A stretch of DNA of 64,000 nucleotides from Octopus sinensis (lineage: Eukaryota): the NCBI RefSeq assembly GCF_006345805.1, contig NC_042997.1, positions 111,042,001 to 111,106,000 on the forward strand. Reading direction: 5' to 3'. The notes under the pieces were generated by a model. It made no database searches. It saw nothing but the letters and a program-made list of their open reading frames with translations, and was not told where the DNA came from. The translations under genes were made by a program, and so were the position numbers. How positions within the stretch are numbered: position 1 is the stretch's first letter; each line of letters opens with the position of its first letter. Positions 12,200 to 24,959 of the stretch are shown here, piece after piece.

Positions 12200-12710
12200 A
12201 TATACAAATCAAAATTGCTGACGTGGCCAATGACAGTACCACCTGATTGGCACTGGTTTCAGTGGAACGTTGAAAGCAGTATCCGAGCATGATTGTTGCC
12301 AGGGCTGCTGACTGGCTCCTGTACCGGTGACACATAAAAAGCATCACTTGAGCATGATCATTGCCAGCATCGCCTTACTGGCACATGTACCAGTGACATG
12401 TGAAAGACAACATTCAAGCGTGGTCATTGCCAGTGCCGCCAGACTGGCTCCCATGCAGGTGGCACGTAAAAAACACCTTTGAGCGTGGTTGTTACCAGTA
12501 CCACTTGACTGGCCCTCGTGCCAGGGGCATGTAAAAAGCACCCACTACACTCTCAGAGTGGTTGGCGTTAGGAAAGGCATCCAGCTGTAGAAACTTTGCC
12601 AGATCATATTGGAACCTGGTGCAGCCTTCTGGCTCACCAATCCTCAGTCAAATCATCCAACCCATGCCAGTATGAAAGCGGACGTTAAACAACAATGATG
12701 ATGATGATGA
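12200..12710 (+). mobile_element. RTE-related SINE (family B) with (GAT)n end
   Basis: aaaagcacccactacactc..gagtggttggcgttaggaa.ggcatccagctgtagaaac...gatgatgatg, repeated many times in the window. Confidence 0.75.
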
Positions 12711-12793
12711 TATATATGTACATACATATACATATACATACACACACATACCACACACAAATAAATAGTAACAGGTGATGGCTAAATGTCAGC

Positions 12794-12960
12794 TCATTAC
12801 AGCTGTTTCTTACACATTTTTTAATAGAAGAATGAGTACATTACATAATTTCTAAACAAACACAGCAGAAACATGCCTGAAGCTGGCCAAAGCTGACCAT
12901 CATAATTTTCAGTATATTCATCAATGAAAAAAGAAACACATCTGAAACAGCTGTAATGAC
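12794..12960. mobile_element. Small MITE with TIR tcattacagctgtttc / gaaacagctgtaatga
   Basis: 16-bp inverted termini. The acagctgtttc core recurs in the fold-backs at ~23700 and ~43660. Confidence 0.55.
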
Positions 12961-13109
12961 CTTCAACTGATTTGTGCTGTTTCTTTATGTAAACACCAAA
13001 CCTGGAACCTTCCCTGTGTTGGATCTGCTATTCACAGGGAATCACTTAATTGCTTGCCAGAATGCATATGCATGTTTTTAATACACCTGCATATGTATAT
13101 GAATGTGTA

Positions 13110-13331
13110 TATTGATTTGTTCTTGTGCATCTGTATGTCAGTGTTAGGACATGGCTGTATATATATTGATACATGCATGACTATCTGTACAACCTGGAAT
13201 TGGTGTCCTTATTATTAAAATATTGATTTGTTCCTGTGCATCTGTATGTCAGTGTTAGGACATGGCTGTATATACATTGATACATGCGTGACTATCTGTA
13301 CAACCTGGAATTGGTGTCCTTATTATTAAAA
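13110..13331. repeat. Direct tandem duplication, 2 x 111 bp
   Basis: tattgatttgttc...ttattattaaaa occurs at 13110 and 13221 with a few substitutions. Confidence 0.9.
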
Positions 13332-13368
13332 TACCTTGATTCGAATGAATCCTACAAATAATTAATCA

Positions 13369-14299
13369 GGAGTGGCTGTGTGGTAAGTAGCTTGCTTACC
13401 CTCACAGTGAAAGTGGTGAAGAATATATGTTCAGCTATCTCAGGGGTGGGGCTATTCACAGTTTCGTGGAGAATGATATGGATAGTCGGGTCCTGAGGGA
13501 ACCAACTTGTATTGACAGCCCAGAGTGGCCTTCGCAGGTGGCTGCTCTGGTGCTGGAAAGAAAGTACTGTGATCTAATAATTGACTTGTGTAAAAATGAG
13601 AATTATAGAATTCTTTTTTGGAGTCCCAGATTTCAGTTGCAGGAAGGCCTGCAAGTTGCCAGAAAATTACTCAGGGAAGGATTGTAGAGGTTTATCGCCT
13701 CCAATTTGTGTATAAATTGTGTTTTATAATTGTATGGACTTTTTAGTCCAAATACATTGTATTTTAAATTGTAAGAGGGTTAATACCGCTGTATATGTGT
13801 TTTTAAAAAACAATGTTTTAGAGAAGCAGAGGGTCGGCGGGTGCTTTCTGTATTCTCCCATCTTTATCATTGTTGGACCATAATCATTCGCCTCATTAAT
13901 GTTTATATCAGCCTGCAATGGTACCTTATCTATGTGCTGCCTACATGGCAAATTTAATTAATAAAAGTAGCTTGCTTACCAACGACATGGTTACAGGTTC
14001 AGTCCCACTGCATGGCACACTGGGCAAGTGTCTTCTACTATAGCCTCGGGCCGACCAAAGACTTGTGAGTGGATTTGGGAGACGGAAACTGAGAGAAGCC
14101 TGTCATATATATATGTGTGTGTGTGTGTGTATTTGTCTCTCCAACATCGCTTGACAACTGATGCTGGTGTGTTCACATGCCTGTAACATAGCGGTTCGGC
14201 AAAAGAGACTGATAGAATAAGTACTAGTACTGGGGTTGATTTGCTCGACTAAAGGCAGTGCTCCAGCCAACCATGACTGAAACAAGTAAAAAAGTAAAA

Positions 14300-14300
<1 letters not shown>
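13369..14300 (+). mobile_element. Family A SINE interrupted by a 564-bp insertion
   Basis: The head ggagtggctgtgtggtaagtagcttgcttacc resumes at 13965 and continues to the usual gactgaaacaagtaaaa tail. Confidence 0.85.
13401..13964 (-). mobile_element. Inserted fragment with 16-bp TSD, probably a decayed Penelope-like RT thumb
   Basis: aagtagcttgcttacc at 13385-13400 and 13965-13980. Minus-strand frames give NTMYLD*KV and PSLSNFLATCRPSC...FSFLHKSIIRSQYFLSSTRAA, loosely like PLE LPFLDIKV and IPYSQFLRLRRLCS. The family call is tentative. Confidence 0.5.
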
Positions 14301-14351
<51 letters not shown>

Positions 14352-15149
14352 GAGAGGATTTGAAAATGCCGAGGTCTTTTAAAGATATTTATTGACTTGA
14401 CCGGATTCATTTTCTTTTAAAAAAAGATTTTGAAAAGTAAAGTGCAAGATTCTGTGCAGCCTTTGTGGTGTTAAAAATTAGTTGACATAGATGCATTAAA
14501 ATATAGTGATAGAGTCTTTGACAATGATAAGAAAATCTTAAGAGCGGCTTTGTGCTTAACCCTTTCATTACCAACCCGGCTGAAACCGGCTCTGGTTCTG
14601 AGTACAAATGTCTTGTGTTCATAAGTTTTGAATTAAAATATTCTACCAAACCTTAGTCACAATTTATGTTCCTAACACTAGCTGAATGATAACTAAGTTA
14701 TTTTTACTAAATTCTTTGTTATATTTAAAATTAATTGAAATAAACACAGAGCATCTCAAAATAAATACAGTAATGAAAGTGTTAAACAGTTTACATAAAA
14801 GTGTTCAAAATAGGCATTTAAATAAATTCATAATTATTTATAAGTTCATCAGAAATCTTAATTGTTTATAAGCATGTATACAAAAAGAATTTGTAGACAG
14901 TATTTGATAGGAGAAAGTGTGAATTGCTTTGTCAAAAGTTCATCAGAAACCATGATTGTTTGTATGAATTTTAGAGGTATGACCAACTATTTTGCTTCAT
15001 CTCCAGTCTTTGCCTTTCATTCTTTTGGGGTCAATGAAATAAGTACCAGTTGAGCACTGGGGGTCTAGCCCCCTCCCCCAAAGTTGCAGGTCTGGTGCCT
15101 ATAGCAGAAAGGATTATTATTATTATTATTATATTATTATTATTATTAT

Positions 15150-15870
15150 CATTTGGTTTGTCTCAGGTTTGGTCTTATTCCTGGTAGGATTTCTGTGGGT
15201 AGTGGGTTACTACCTGTAACCTTAGGGATCCATAAGTTTCCAGTGGTCTTTCAAATGCTTGGAACCCTCTTGATAATTCTTGCTGTTCCTAACAGACAAA
15301 CTTTCAGTAGGAGCTCCACCGGGCATTCTATTCCAATCTCCTTCAGCCATTTGTCTATATCTTGGCTTACTGTTCCCATTATTATTGTTGTTGTTGTTGT
15401 TGTTGTTCTTGTTGTCTTTGCACATTGTTGGATCATAATCTTTGCACTGGAAATGTACTACAGTGTCAGCTGTTCACTACCAGTGAACTAAGATAGCACC
15501 TCTTATTTTTCGAGCACCTTCCAAAGTATTCGAGCGGTTCCAAGCAGTGCTGTTTTCTGCAAGTGCTCTACCCTTATTGCAGCCCCTATTTGTTCCACAT
15601 ACTTCTTGAGATTTTTACTCACTGTTCCCAGGGCTCCAACAATTATTGGTGCTACTGCTACCTTTTTCATCAACCACAACTGCTTAACTTGCCAAGCTAA
15701 CCTATCATATCACCCAACTTTTCTTTCTTTCTTATCACATACCTTGTTGTCAGCTGGACATGCTATATCTATGATCCAGCATCGTTTACTTTCTTTCTCA
15801 ATTAACACTATGTCTGGCTTTCTATTCTCTATCACATGGTCACACTATTTTAGAATGCGATTATTATTAT
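15150..15870 (-). mobile_element. Two 3'-end fragments of R4/Dong-like (RLE) non-LTR retrotransposons
   Basis: GTVSQDIDKWLKEIGIECPVELLLKVCLLGTARIIKRV and VEQIGAAIRVEHLQKTALLGTARILWKVLEK* are the conserved RLE C-terminus. Confidence 0.8.
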
Positions 15871-16461
15871 TATTATTATTATTTTTATTATTGAGTGAGA
15901 GAGCAGTGCATGCCATCAAAGTGACACTGGGGTAAAATATACAAAGCCCAGTATACCCATCATGACTACCCGTCTGATAAGGGCACACCAGGCACATGCA
16001 TCACAACCATATGTGCACGACATGGTGATCTCTTACCAAGATAAACAGCGCATGACCTTGCAGGTGGGACCCAGTTAGAACTTTCTTCTGGTCGAGTAGC
16101 CCATCCTGCTCAAAAGGTCCCTGAATAAGGATTGTTTAAGGATGTTGAACGAAACACCCATGTTTCCAAAGGTGAATTATCCAAACCTCCAAGAATTCCT
16201 TTCAACACACAGCTATGATGCTCCCCACTACTTCTGCTCATGATCAAAGATGCACATATTGCCAGCCACTAAGGGACATGCTCAACTGGTTATGGTCAAG
16301 CAACTGACAAGCAAATCTGTGGTATTCAGCAGAATATTTGCTGTAGCCCATCTTTTACACCAAGACAAAACAATGTACATGATAATACTTCCAATCAGTT
16401 TAAGATCAGAAGCCATGAGAGCCACTGCCTGGTACTGCATCATCATCATTATTATTATTAA

Positions 16462-16503
<42 letters not shown>

Positions 16504-16509
16504 CATCAT

Positions 16510-16745
16510 CATTATTATTCATGGTGTGCCCAAGCGGTTTGCATTTAGAATCAATCTCCTTGCTCCCAGATCACAACCTGTTTCCTTAGATATGGAGTAT
16601 CCTTTCTTACAATCCCAATGAAGCAGATTTCTGAATTAATGCAACTCTTGCAGTTACACCAATCTCAATAAAGGAACTGCCAAGTCTGCTGGTGACACTA
16701 CCTAGGGAGTCTAGGACAACTGGGATTACATTTTTAGAAACTCTT
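16510..16745 (-). mobile_element. Third R4/Dong-like C-terminal fragment
   Basis: Minus strand KNVIPVVLDSLGSVTSRLGSSFIEIGVTARVALIQKSASLG. Confidence 0.55.
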
Positions 16746-16852
16746 CACATCCTTTATGTTTCCCCAACCAATTCCTTATATTTTCCTTTTTTTTCTCCTG
16801 TTCTTTGACTGCTACATTCTCGTTCATAGATATAGCCACATCTATGATGATG

Positions 16853-17035
16853 CATTCTTCTTCTTCTTCTTCTTCTTCTTCTTCTTCTTCTTCTTCTTCT
16901 TCTTCTTCTTTTCTTCTTCTTCTTTTCTTCTTCTTCTTCTTCTTCTTCTTCTTCTCCTCCTCCTCCTCCTTCTCCTCCTCCTCCTTCTTCTCCTCCTCCT
17001 CCTCCTTCTTCTTCTTCTTCTTCTTCTTCTTCTTT
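16853..17035. repeat. (TTC/TCC)n microsatellite
   Basis: Direct reading. Confidence 0.95.
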
Positions 17036-17355
17036 ATACCTGCTCAGTTTTTGGTAGGTCAGTTTTTGGAAGTGGAAAAAGAAGAAGCCTAAGTAGTTGA
17101 GTGGTGTTGGTCAAATGGAGGTTGTCTCAGCTAAACCATTGGGAGTTTTTGTACCATTACAGGTGTTCTCTTATACTTTGGGTTTCCTCATCACCATCCC
17201 CTTCCTCTTCCTCTTCCTCTTCTTCTTCTTGCCTCTCTCCCCTCCTCTCCCTTCTCTTCCCCTTCTTGCCCCTCTCCCCTCCTCTTCCTCATCTTCTTCA
17301 TCATTTAACTCCCGTGTTCCAACTGGTATGGTTTGGAAATGGCACTAAATAATCC

Positions 17356-17636
17356 TTGTGCTTCTCAAACCATTTCTTGCCTATGGACCCCTTTTCATTC
17401 CTATTTTACTCTACAGGACCCTCATAGCCATTTGATATTTAGAAAGAACCCCTATTGTATTTTTATGATTAAATATAATTAGGAACTGTATAAAAACAAT
17501 CGTTAAAATATTTCATGTAATGTAGAAGTGCAGCCAATCTATTGCTCATAAATTTCAACAACAAAATCTAATATAGACCCCACAAAGGTCCTATGGAAAC
17601 CCTCGGCTCATATAGACCTTGGTTGAAAGCCACTGA
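17356..17636. mobile_element. hAT-like MITE
   Basis: Ends are gtgcttctcaaacc...atggacccc and ggttgaaagccactg (CAGTGG-type TIR). The right flank atttagac resembles the NTCTAGAN hAT target. The left TSD is degenerate. Confidence 0.4.
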
Positions 17637-18119
17637 TTTAGACTAAAAAGAACTTTTGGAGAAGATGAAGATCTCACATGGATTTCGCAATGTCAGCATC
17701 CATTGTTCTTAGTTTTGTGGGTGCTGAGTGCACATCACAAAGGATAATGCAGGAGACAGGAATCTGAAGTTTATAATCTGTTTTCCCGTCAGATAGAGAA
17801 ACAGCTGATCGAATGAGGTCACGAAACATCAGTATCAATGCTTGCTGCTCAGCAAAACAATATTTTATGGTCAATTTTGCAGACATTCCAAAAGTATTTG
17901 TTTAAGCAGGACAGCAGTTCCAAGATATCACTAAATTATCATGAAACACCAGATTTATTTATTTTCATGGTTATGACTTGTAGACAAATACCATTATGCA
18001 TTCATAATTTATCCAGCAACAGTAAAGAATTTGAGGTGTACACCAAGGCGAATGAAACTTGGAACACAAAATCGAAGCCTAGGGAGAAGGGTAATGCTGT
18101 GTGTTTCATACAATTTCAT

Positions 18120-18600
18120 GGACCAAAATCACTGAATGGATCCTTATGATATTTGAAACTTAGATACAATGCATAAGGGCGGGTATAATGCAATATGTTT
18201 GGTTTGAATTTCAGATGGCTTAAAGGGGGCAGAACCCCCCATGAAAATTCATAAATTTTCAATGTTGATGAAATTTCAACCATGGGTAATTGACACACAT
18301 CAAGAAGTATTCTCAAAGTTTCCACTTCACATGAGGATTATATGACACCCCAAATTTTAGTAATTTCTTTTATGATCCAAAACTAGGTAAAAAGTACTGA
18401 ATGGATCTTTACGAAATTTGGAAATTATATTCTATGCATAAGGGCCACACCCCCATGACAATTCATATATTTTTGCTGTTGATGAAATTTTAACCATAGA
18501 TATTAGACACAAATGAAGTAATATTTATAAAATTTCAGCTTCTTACAAGTTAGAAAGACCCCCACATGAGGACTTAACACCCACAATTTAGTTATTTTAT
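18120..18600. repeat. Two diverged ~250-bp direct repeats (Helitron/DINE-like MITE?)
   Basis: actgaatggatc.ttac/tga.attt...atgcataagggc...cccccatga.aattcata..ttt..tgttgatgaaattt occurs twice. Confidence 0.5.
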
Positions 18601-18699
18601 CTAAGCAAAGACAAATACAGTTGTACTCTTGGAAGCTGTAGGGTCACCCAAGCATAAAAGATGAGCATTATTTGTAATTCAATGGTACAACAGTGTAAT

Positions 18700-19050
18700 T
18701 CATTGTCGCCTTACTGGCACTTGTGCCGGGGGAACATGAAAAACATTCAAGCGAGGTTGTTGCAAGTGCCGCAGGACTAGCTCCTGTGCAGGTGGCACAT
18801 AAAAAACACCATTTAAGCATGGCCATTGCCAGTACCACCTGACTGGCCCTCGTGTAGATGGCACGTAAAAGCACCCACTACACTCTCGCAATGGTTGGTG
18901 TTAGGAAGGGCATCCAGCTGTACAAACACTGCCAGATCAGACTGGAGCCTGGTGCTGCCATCTGTCTCACCAGTCCTCAGTCAATTCGTGCAACCCATGC
19001 CAGCATAGAAAGCGGATGTTAAAAGACGATGATAATGATGATGATGATAA
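18700..19050 (+). mobile_element. Family B SINE
   Basis: Same consensus as 12200-12710. Confidence 0.75.
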
Positions 19051-19476
19051 TATAAATAATATATAAATATATATGCATACATATGCATGTATGGGCACAT
19101 GCATGTATGGGTACAGGACACCACAGAATGTAAACAACATGAATTATGAAAACATGGAATACAATATCATCAGTGTTTAACGGCCATTGTCCATACTGAC
19201 ATAGATTGGACAGTTGTAGATAGGAGCTGCCAGGTTCCAGTTGTTTGTCTTGGCATGGTTTTTATGGCTTGAAGCCTTTCCAAACACGAACCACTTTCTT
19301 TGCAGAGTACATTGGCCACTTTTATGTGGCACCAGTATTGATGCTTTGTACATGGTATTCACACAGGTGCCTTTCACTTGGCATGTATATCATCATCATC
19401 ATTTAACGTCTGTTGTTCATGCTGTCATGGGTTGGATGATGTGACCAGAGCTGGTGAGCTGGAAGGCTGCACCAGA

Positions 19477-19523
<47 letters not shown>

Positions 19524-19889
19524 ATACATATACATATATATATACATACACACAACTCACACACACTCACACACACACAACTCACACACACACACACACA
19601 CACACACATTCCTTTGTTCTTTTACTTGCTTCAGTCATTTGACTGTGGCCACACTGGAGCATCACCTTGAAGGGTTTTAGTCTAACGAATCAACCCCAGG
19701 ATTAATTTTTATAAAATCAAGTACTTATTCAATTGATCTCTTTTGCTGAACTGCTAAGTTACAGAGATATAAACGCACCAACACTGGTGATGGAGGGGAC
19801 AAACAAAAACACACACAACTTATATATATATATAATAGACTTCTTTCAATTTCCATCATCCAGATCCACTCACAGGGCATAGATTGGCC

Positions 19890-20432
19890 TGAGGTGTAGC
19901 TAGAGATGTGGCCGGCCTCTTCATGACCTGGTGGGACAGAAAACTTAAACAAATGTTAGCAGAGCAGTCCACAACTCTTCTACTCTACAGTAGATATGTA
20001 GATGACATTAATATAATAGTTAGAACCAACTCTAGTGACGGTAGTGTAGAGACTGAGAAGAACGTAATGGAGAGCATCAAGCAAATAGCTAACTCCATCC
20101 ACCAAAGTATCAAGGTAACTATAGATTTCCCCACCAAGCACCCCAACAACAGACTCCCTGTACTTGATACTGAACTTTGGTTAGAGCCTGTGAACAACAG
20201 GGTGCAACTCCCTCATTCTTATTACATGAAACCCATAACTTCAAAATATGTTGTTTACAAGAACTCAGCTTTGTCACACAACATGAAAATTAACATACTA
20301 ATAGCAGACCTAGTTAGAATAATGAACAATGTGTCCCCACTATGCAAACCCTAAGAAACGAAAAAACATATACAGAACTTCATACACCGCATGCAGTTCT
20401 CTGGATATGATCAGAAAGATAGGGTTCGCATA
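19890..20432 (+). mobile_element. Penelope-like element RT fragment (catalytic YVDD region plus thumb)
   Basis: ORF 19908-20354: YSRYVDDINII...KVTIDFPTKHPNNRLPVLDTELW...YYMKPITSKYVVYKNSALSHNMKINILIADLVRIMNNVS; after one stop it continues FIHRMQFSGY. Confidence 0.85.
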
Positions 20433-21599
20433 GTGGGGACACTTTGTTCGTTATTCTAACTAAGACTGCTATCAGTATGTTAATTTTCATTTTGACTGAG
20501 CAGACTAGAGCCTGGTGCAGCCTCCTGGCTTCCCAGACCCCAGTCGAACTGTCCAACCCATGCTAGCATGGAAAATGGACGTCAAACGATGATGATGATG
20601 ATATTTTTGAAAATAAATGTACCTTAAAAATTGGCATATATATTAGTAAATGCTTATAATTGTACAAGGGCCAAGAAGGTCGAGATTGTTGCTTGGGTTT
20701 GCTCTGATTAAATACCATCATCATCATCATGATCAACATCAACAACAGCAAGAACAATGACATCAGTAGTAATAAGAACAATACCACCAACAACCACCAA
20801 CCAGCCAACCAACCAACCAACCAACCAACCAGCCACCACCACCACCACCACTGCTATTACTACAACAACAACAACAACTACTACTACTACTACTACTACT
20901 ACTGTTATTTCCAATTCCATGTTGTTGGTATATTCTTCACAATCCAAATCTCCAAATCTGATTCTTCAGCCGTTTACCAATATTTTTTGACATATTTCTT
21001 TCATTAGTGACTCATAATTAATTTCAGCTTTATTAATACAAAACTGATTTAATTTAACCTAATTCCCTTGATCAATGATTAGAAAATTATGAGAAAATTA
21101 CAAACCAAAAAAAAAATGAAAATTTAAATTTAAAAAAAACACTAAAAAAAAGGCCATGTTTTAATTTAAAGAATCAGCTAAAAAGCTGGCACCAGTGGCA
21201 AAACGGTCGTTCCTCTGGGATTATTTGAAACATTGACAGTATTTTCAAAGTGAGGTGAGACATTTTCACCTGACTGATTTTTATGAACTCCATTTTTGTG
21301 AGCCTCGTTTAAGAATAGGTGGAGGTGTGGCTCAGAGGTTTGCTTCCCAACTACAAGGATTCAGGTTCTGTCCTACTGCACGGCACTTTGTATCCTATTC
21401 CATTGTTTGTTTCTATATCTATTGCAGGTACCACTGATATCATTACGTATAATGTTGTCTAATTTCTTTCCTGTCAAACTGTCCAATCCATGCCAGCAGG
21501 GAAAAATGGACATTAAAAGATGATGCTGATGATGATATCACACTCATATCTATATATACATACATATTCACTGGATATGCAATGTCAGTGTGCATGTAT

Positions 21600-21900
21600 G
21601 ACAGTGTAAGCATCTTCAGAGAAAAAAGTTGGGCATAAGAAGCATCAGATGTGGTGTGCAAGGGAGACACCTGCACTGGTATGGTCATGTGATGCATATG
21701 GACGAGGACAGCTGTGTGAAGAAGTGCTGATCTCTAACTGTGGAGGGAACCTGTGGTAGAAGTAGACCCAGAAAGACATGGGACGAGGAGGTGAAGTATG
21801 ATCTTTGAACTTTGGGCGTCACAGAGCCAATTAGTAGTGACCAAGACCTTTGGGGATATGCTCTGCTTGAGAAGGCCTGTCAACCAAGTGAAATCGTGGT
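21600..21900 (+). mobile_element. RTE-clade LINE 3' fragment
   Basis: Frameshifted ...GHVMHMDEDSCVKKC*SLTVEGTCGRSRPRKTWDEEVKYDL. Confidence 0.75.
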
Positions 21901-22859
21901 CGTGGCTGATGCTGGTATCTCGTAACTGGCATCTGTGCTGGTGGCACGTAAAAAGCACCTTTTGAGCATTGGACCTCGTGGAGGCAAACTAGCTGATGTT
22001 GGTGGCATATGAAAAGCTCCTTTCAAGTATGAGCCTCACAGAGGTAATGATGAATGACTGAGACCTTTGGCATTATGTTGTGCTTGAGAAGAAGACCCAT
22101 GAAGCCGAGCAAAATCGCAGTCATGGAAGATACTGGTGTCATGCAAATGGTACCTGTGCCACTGGCATGTAAAAGCACCCATTACACCCTCAGAGTGGTT
22201 GGTGTTAGGAAGGGCATCCAGCCATAGAAACCATGCTAAATCAGACTGGAGTCTGGTGCAGCTTTCCAGCTTGCCAGCCCCAGTCAAACCGTTCAACCCA
22301 TGCCAGCATGGACGACAGACGTTAAATGATGATGATGATGATGATAGTACCAAACAAAGCGAAAAGCTGCATTGTGTAAGAGACTATGGAGAAGGAGAAA
22401 TTAAGACGAAAGGAAAGAATTTACTTTCGACTTGAAAGAGTTCGGGTCATAAGAAGGGGGAAAAACAATGAGATGGGAAAGACTTCCAAAGTCTGGCAGT
22501 TTGAGGGGGAAAAGATTATGACTGTAGAAAGACTTCCTTATCCATTGAAGCACAACAGCATTTGGATGAAGACATTGTAAGCTTTGACTCAGGCAAGATG
22601 GCACAAAGTGATGTGGAACTTTGGTAGAAAGTTCATCAGAGCTTGTTCTGTGGTAAAATATAATAAAAGAGACTAAAACTGGTGATGTGACATTGCTGTG
22701 ACAAAGGTTGCAGAGGTTGGAGAAAGAGAGGGAATACACACACACACACACACACACACATAGTTAATCCAAACATGAACAAAGAGAAAACACAACAACG
22801 TGAGGATGTGGAACAAGTATAGTGTTATTGGACGCTCAGGAAAGGAAAGAAAGAAGGAG

Positions 22860-22896
22860 GATTTGACGTTTCAAGCGGAGCTCTTCATCAGAAACA
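22860..22896 (-). ncRNA. Minimal type I hammerhead ribozyme motif
   Basis: Minus strand: tgttt CTGATGA a gagc-tcc-gctt GAA ACGT C aaatc. Intact core, palindromic stem III, GUC cleavage triplet. Confidence 0.65.
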
Positions 22897-23699
22897 TAGG
22901 AAAAGGAAAGATCCAAGGAAGGGAAGACAGAGGAAAGAAATCGTCGATACATACGCAGTCACATATTGAAATGTAGTCAATCCAAACAAGGGAAGATGGA
23001 GAAAGAAAATCGCCAATGATACACACGCAGTCATATATATATAATAAATAATAAATAATATATATGTATATGTATATCAGTGGTGAGTCTGGCACTCGGG
23101 CTGTTTGGGCTTAGCCCGAGTAATATAAATTTAGTAAAGTGAACGTATATTTACAAGCTGAATTTCTGCCAACACTGACTTCAAGTATGTTATTGCAGCC
23201 AATAACTCAGGCTCCTTTTATTGAGCTTGGTCACAGTTCATTCATTTTTGTTCAGTGTCTGGCGGTCGTCTTAGAGGTGCTCTGTGTCAAAAAATGCCAT
23301 TCCTAGCAATCATTCACACGCATCTGATCCAGGCTCAGAAGTTACAGCCCAAGTTGTTGTCTATAATCGTAAAAATTAAAAGTAATTCAAATTCAATGTT
23401 TTCTTGAAACAATAAATTTCTATAGGGATTAGGATTTAAATTGTGTCTAATGGCATAAAGTAATAGGTATGCAGAATAAGTACGTGGGTTGGTTTACCAC
23501 TAAAATTCCAACTTCAACTGCAACTGGAACAAAACAAAAGTGGCATTGTAGCAGCCTAGCAAAGAATGGCTCTATGTGGTTCTTCATTGGGTGGCATGAT
23601 ATACATTAGACAGAAAGAATGGACAGGCAAAACATGGGATCACTTTAGAGTATGGAATTTATAGTTCAAACATAATTGTTAGATTAAATAAGGGATTCA

Positions 23700-23985
23700 G
23701 AAGTTATGCATGAAATCTCTTAGAGTTGTTTCTAGAATAGCCGTGCATATGGTGCATACTTTATTGAGAAAGAATTTCCATATAAAAAGCCAAAAAGAGA
23801 GAAAAAATTAAGGAATATTCTTGATATTAGTAGTTACCAGTTCCATTGTCAAAGAGATAGTCGTTAATCCTTTCTCTCTGAAGATAGAATTGTTGGCTTT
23901 TATATAAAAATCTTTGCTCAATGAGATATGCACTAAACATACAGGTATTCTAGAAACAGCTGTAACTGACTTCATGCATAATTTT
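23700..23985. mobile_element. Diverged fold-back MITE (acagctgtttc family)
   Basis: The left arm ttatgcatgaaatctcttagagttgtttctagaatag...tataaaaagcca aligns with the reverse complement of 23890-23985. Confidence 0.55.
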
Positions 23986-24379
23986 CTTAATTCCTTGCAA
24001 TGTTCAGCCAATCCAAATGGTTCCTCCAAAGGTGCTCTTTGTCTAAATACTGGCTTCTGGCTGGTGCTTATTTTATTGATCTCTGCTTGTCAAAATAACT
24101 TCAAATCTAATTTAACATTTAAAAAAATGCATAAAATAATTAATGATTGTAAACATTATAAATATGAAATTTTGGGTTTGATGCTGGTGAAAGGACATCT
24201 GACTAGCTATGTTCAAATATTGGGTTTTTGTTATCGGTTTTCTTTGGTCAACTTGTGATTAGAATCAGTTTTCTTAAACCTATGAGAGAGAAGAAATGAC
24301 ATCCTGGAGAAGAGACCTATGCTAAGTTTTCAGAAAATTTTCATTGTTCTCAACACAAACAAGGAGATCTGTAACTGAA

Positions 24380-24850
24380 ACCCAAGAGTCTTTTTGGTCA
24401 GCTGAAAGCAGTTTTGGCACAAACTTGGCAGACATGTGTCTTATACCCAAATCTTCAGTGATAATGGACTGAGCTGAACTGTAACTAATCTGCACATCCT
24501 CTGATAACTCACAGATGGTGATTCAATGAGTTCCTCTCACTGCTGCATGCACATCTGTGATGTCTTTCTCAGTTCGGCTGGTTGCATGTCTCCCAGAATG
24601 TTCATCAATATCGACATTTTTTCGGCCATCTTGGAAGCATCTGAACCACTCGTACATTTTTGTGCAACTCATACACTCCTCTCCATACACTTTCTGCAAC
24701 TTTGTGTAGGCCTCTGAGCTGGTATTGCCATGACAACTTCCTCTGACATGGTCAATGCCACAACCACACGCTACACACCTTCCTTCCAAGCACTGCAGTA
24801 AACAGCAGAAGTGAGCTAGAATGCTAAAACAAGCAACTTCACTCTGCATG
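24380..24850 (-). mobile_element. Mariner transposase N-terminal (HTH) fragment
   Basis: KLQKVYGEECMSCTKMYEWFRCFQDGRKNVDIDEHSGRHATSRTEKDITDVHAAVR is the mariner VYEWF.RF..GR..V.D..RSGRP region. Confidence 0.85.
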
Positions 24851-24959
24851 ATTTAGCTTCGTTACTATGGCAACAGTCTGGATACTTATTGATCAGACGT
24901 TGCTCCATTTATTTCAAGGCTTAGTGACAAGAAATAAGACTAGCCAAGAATCTACGACA

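Noticed and set aside
21170-21255. Exon-like segment ending in gtgag donors
   Set aside because: All three plus-strand frames hit stops; it could only be non-coding, and there is no other support.
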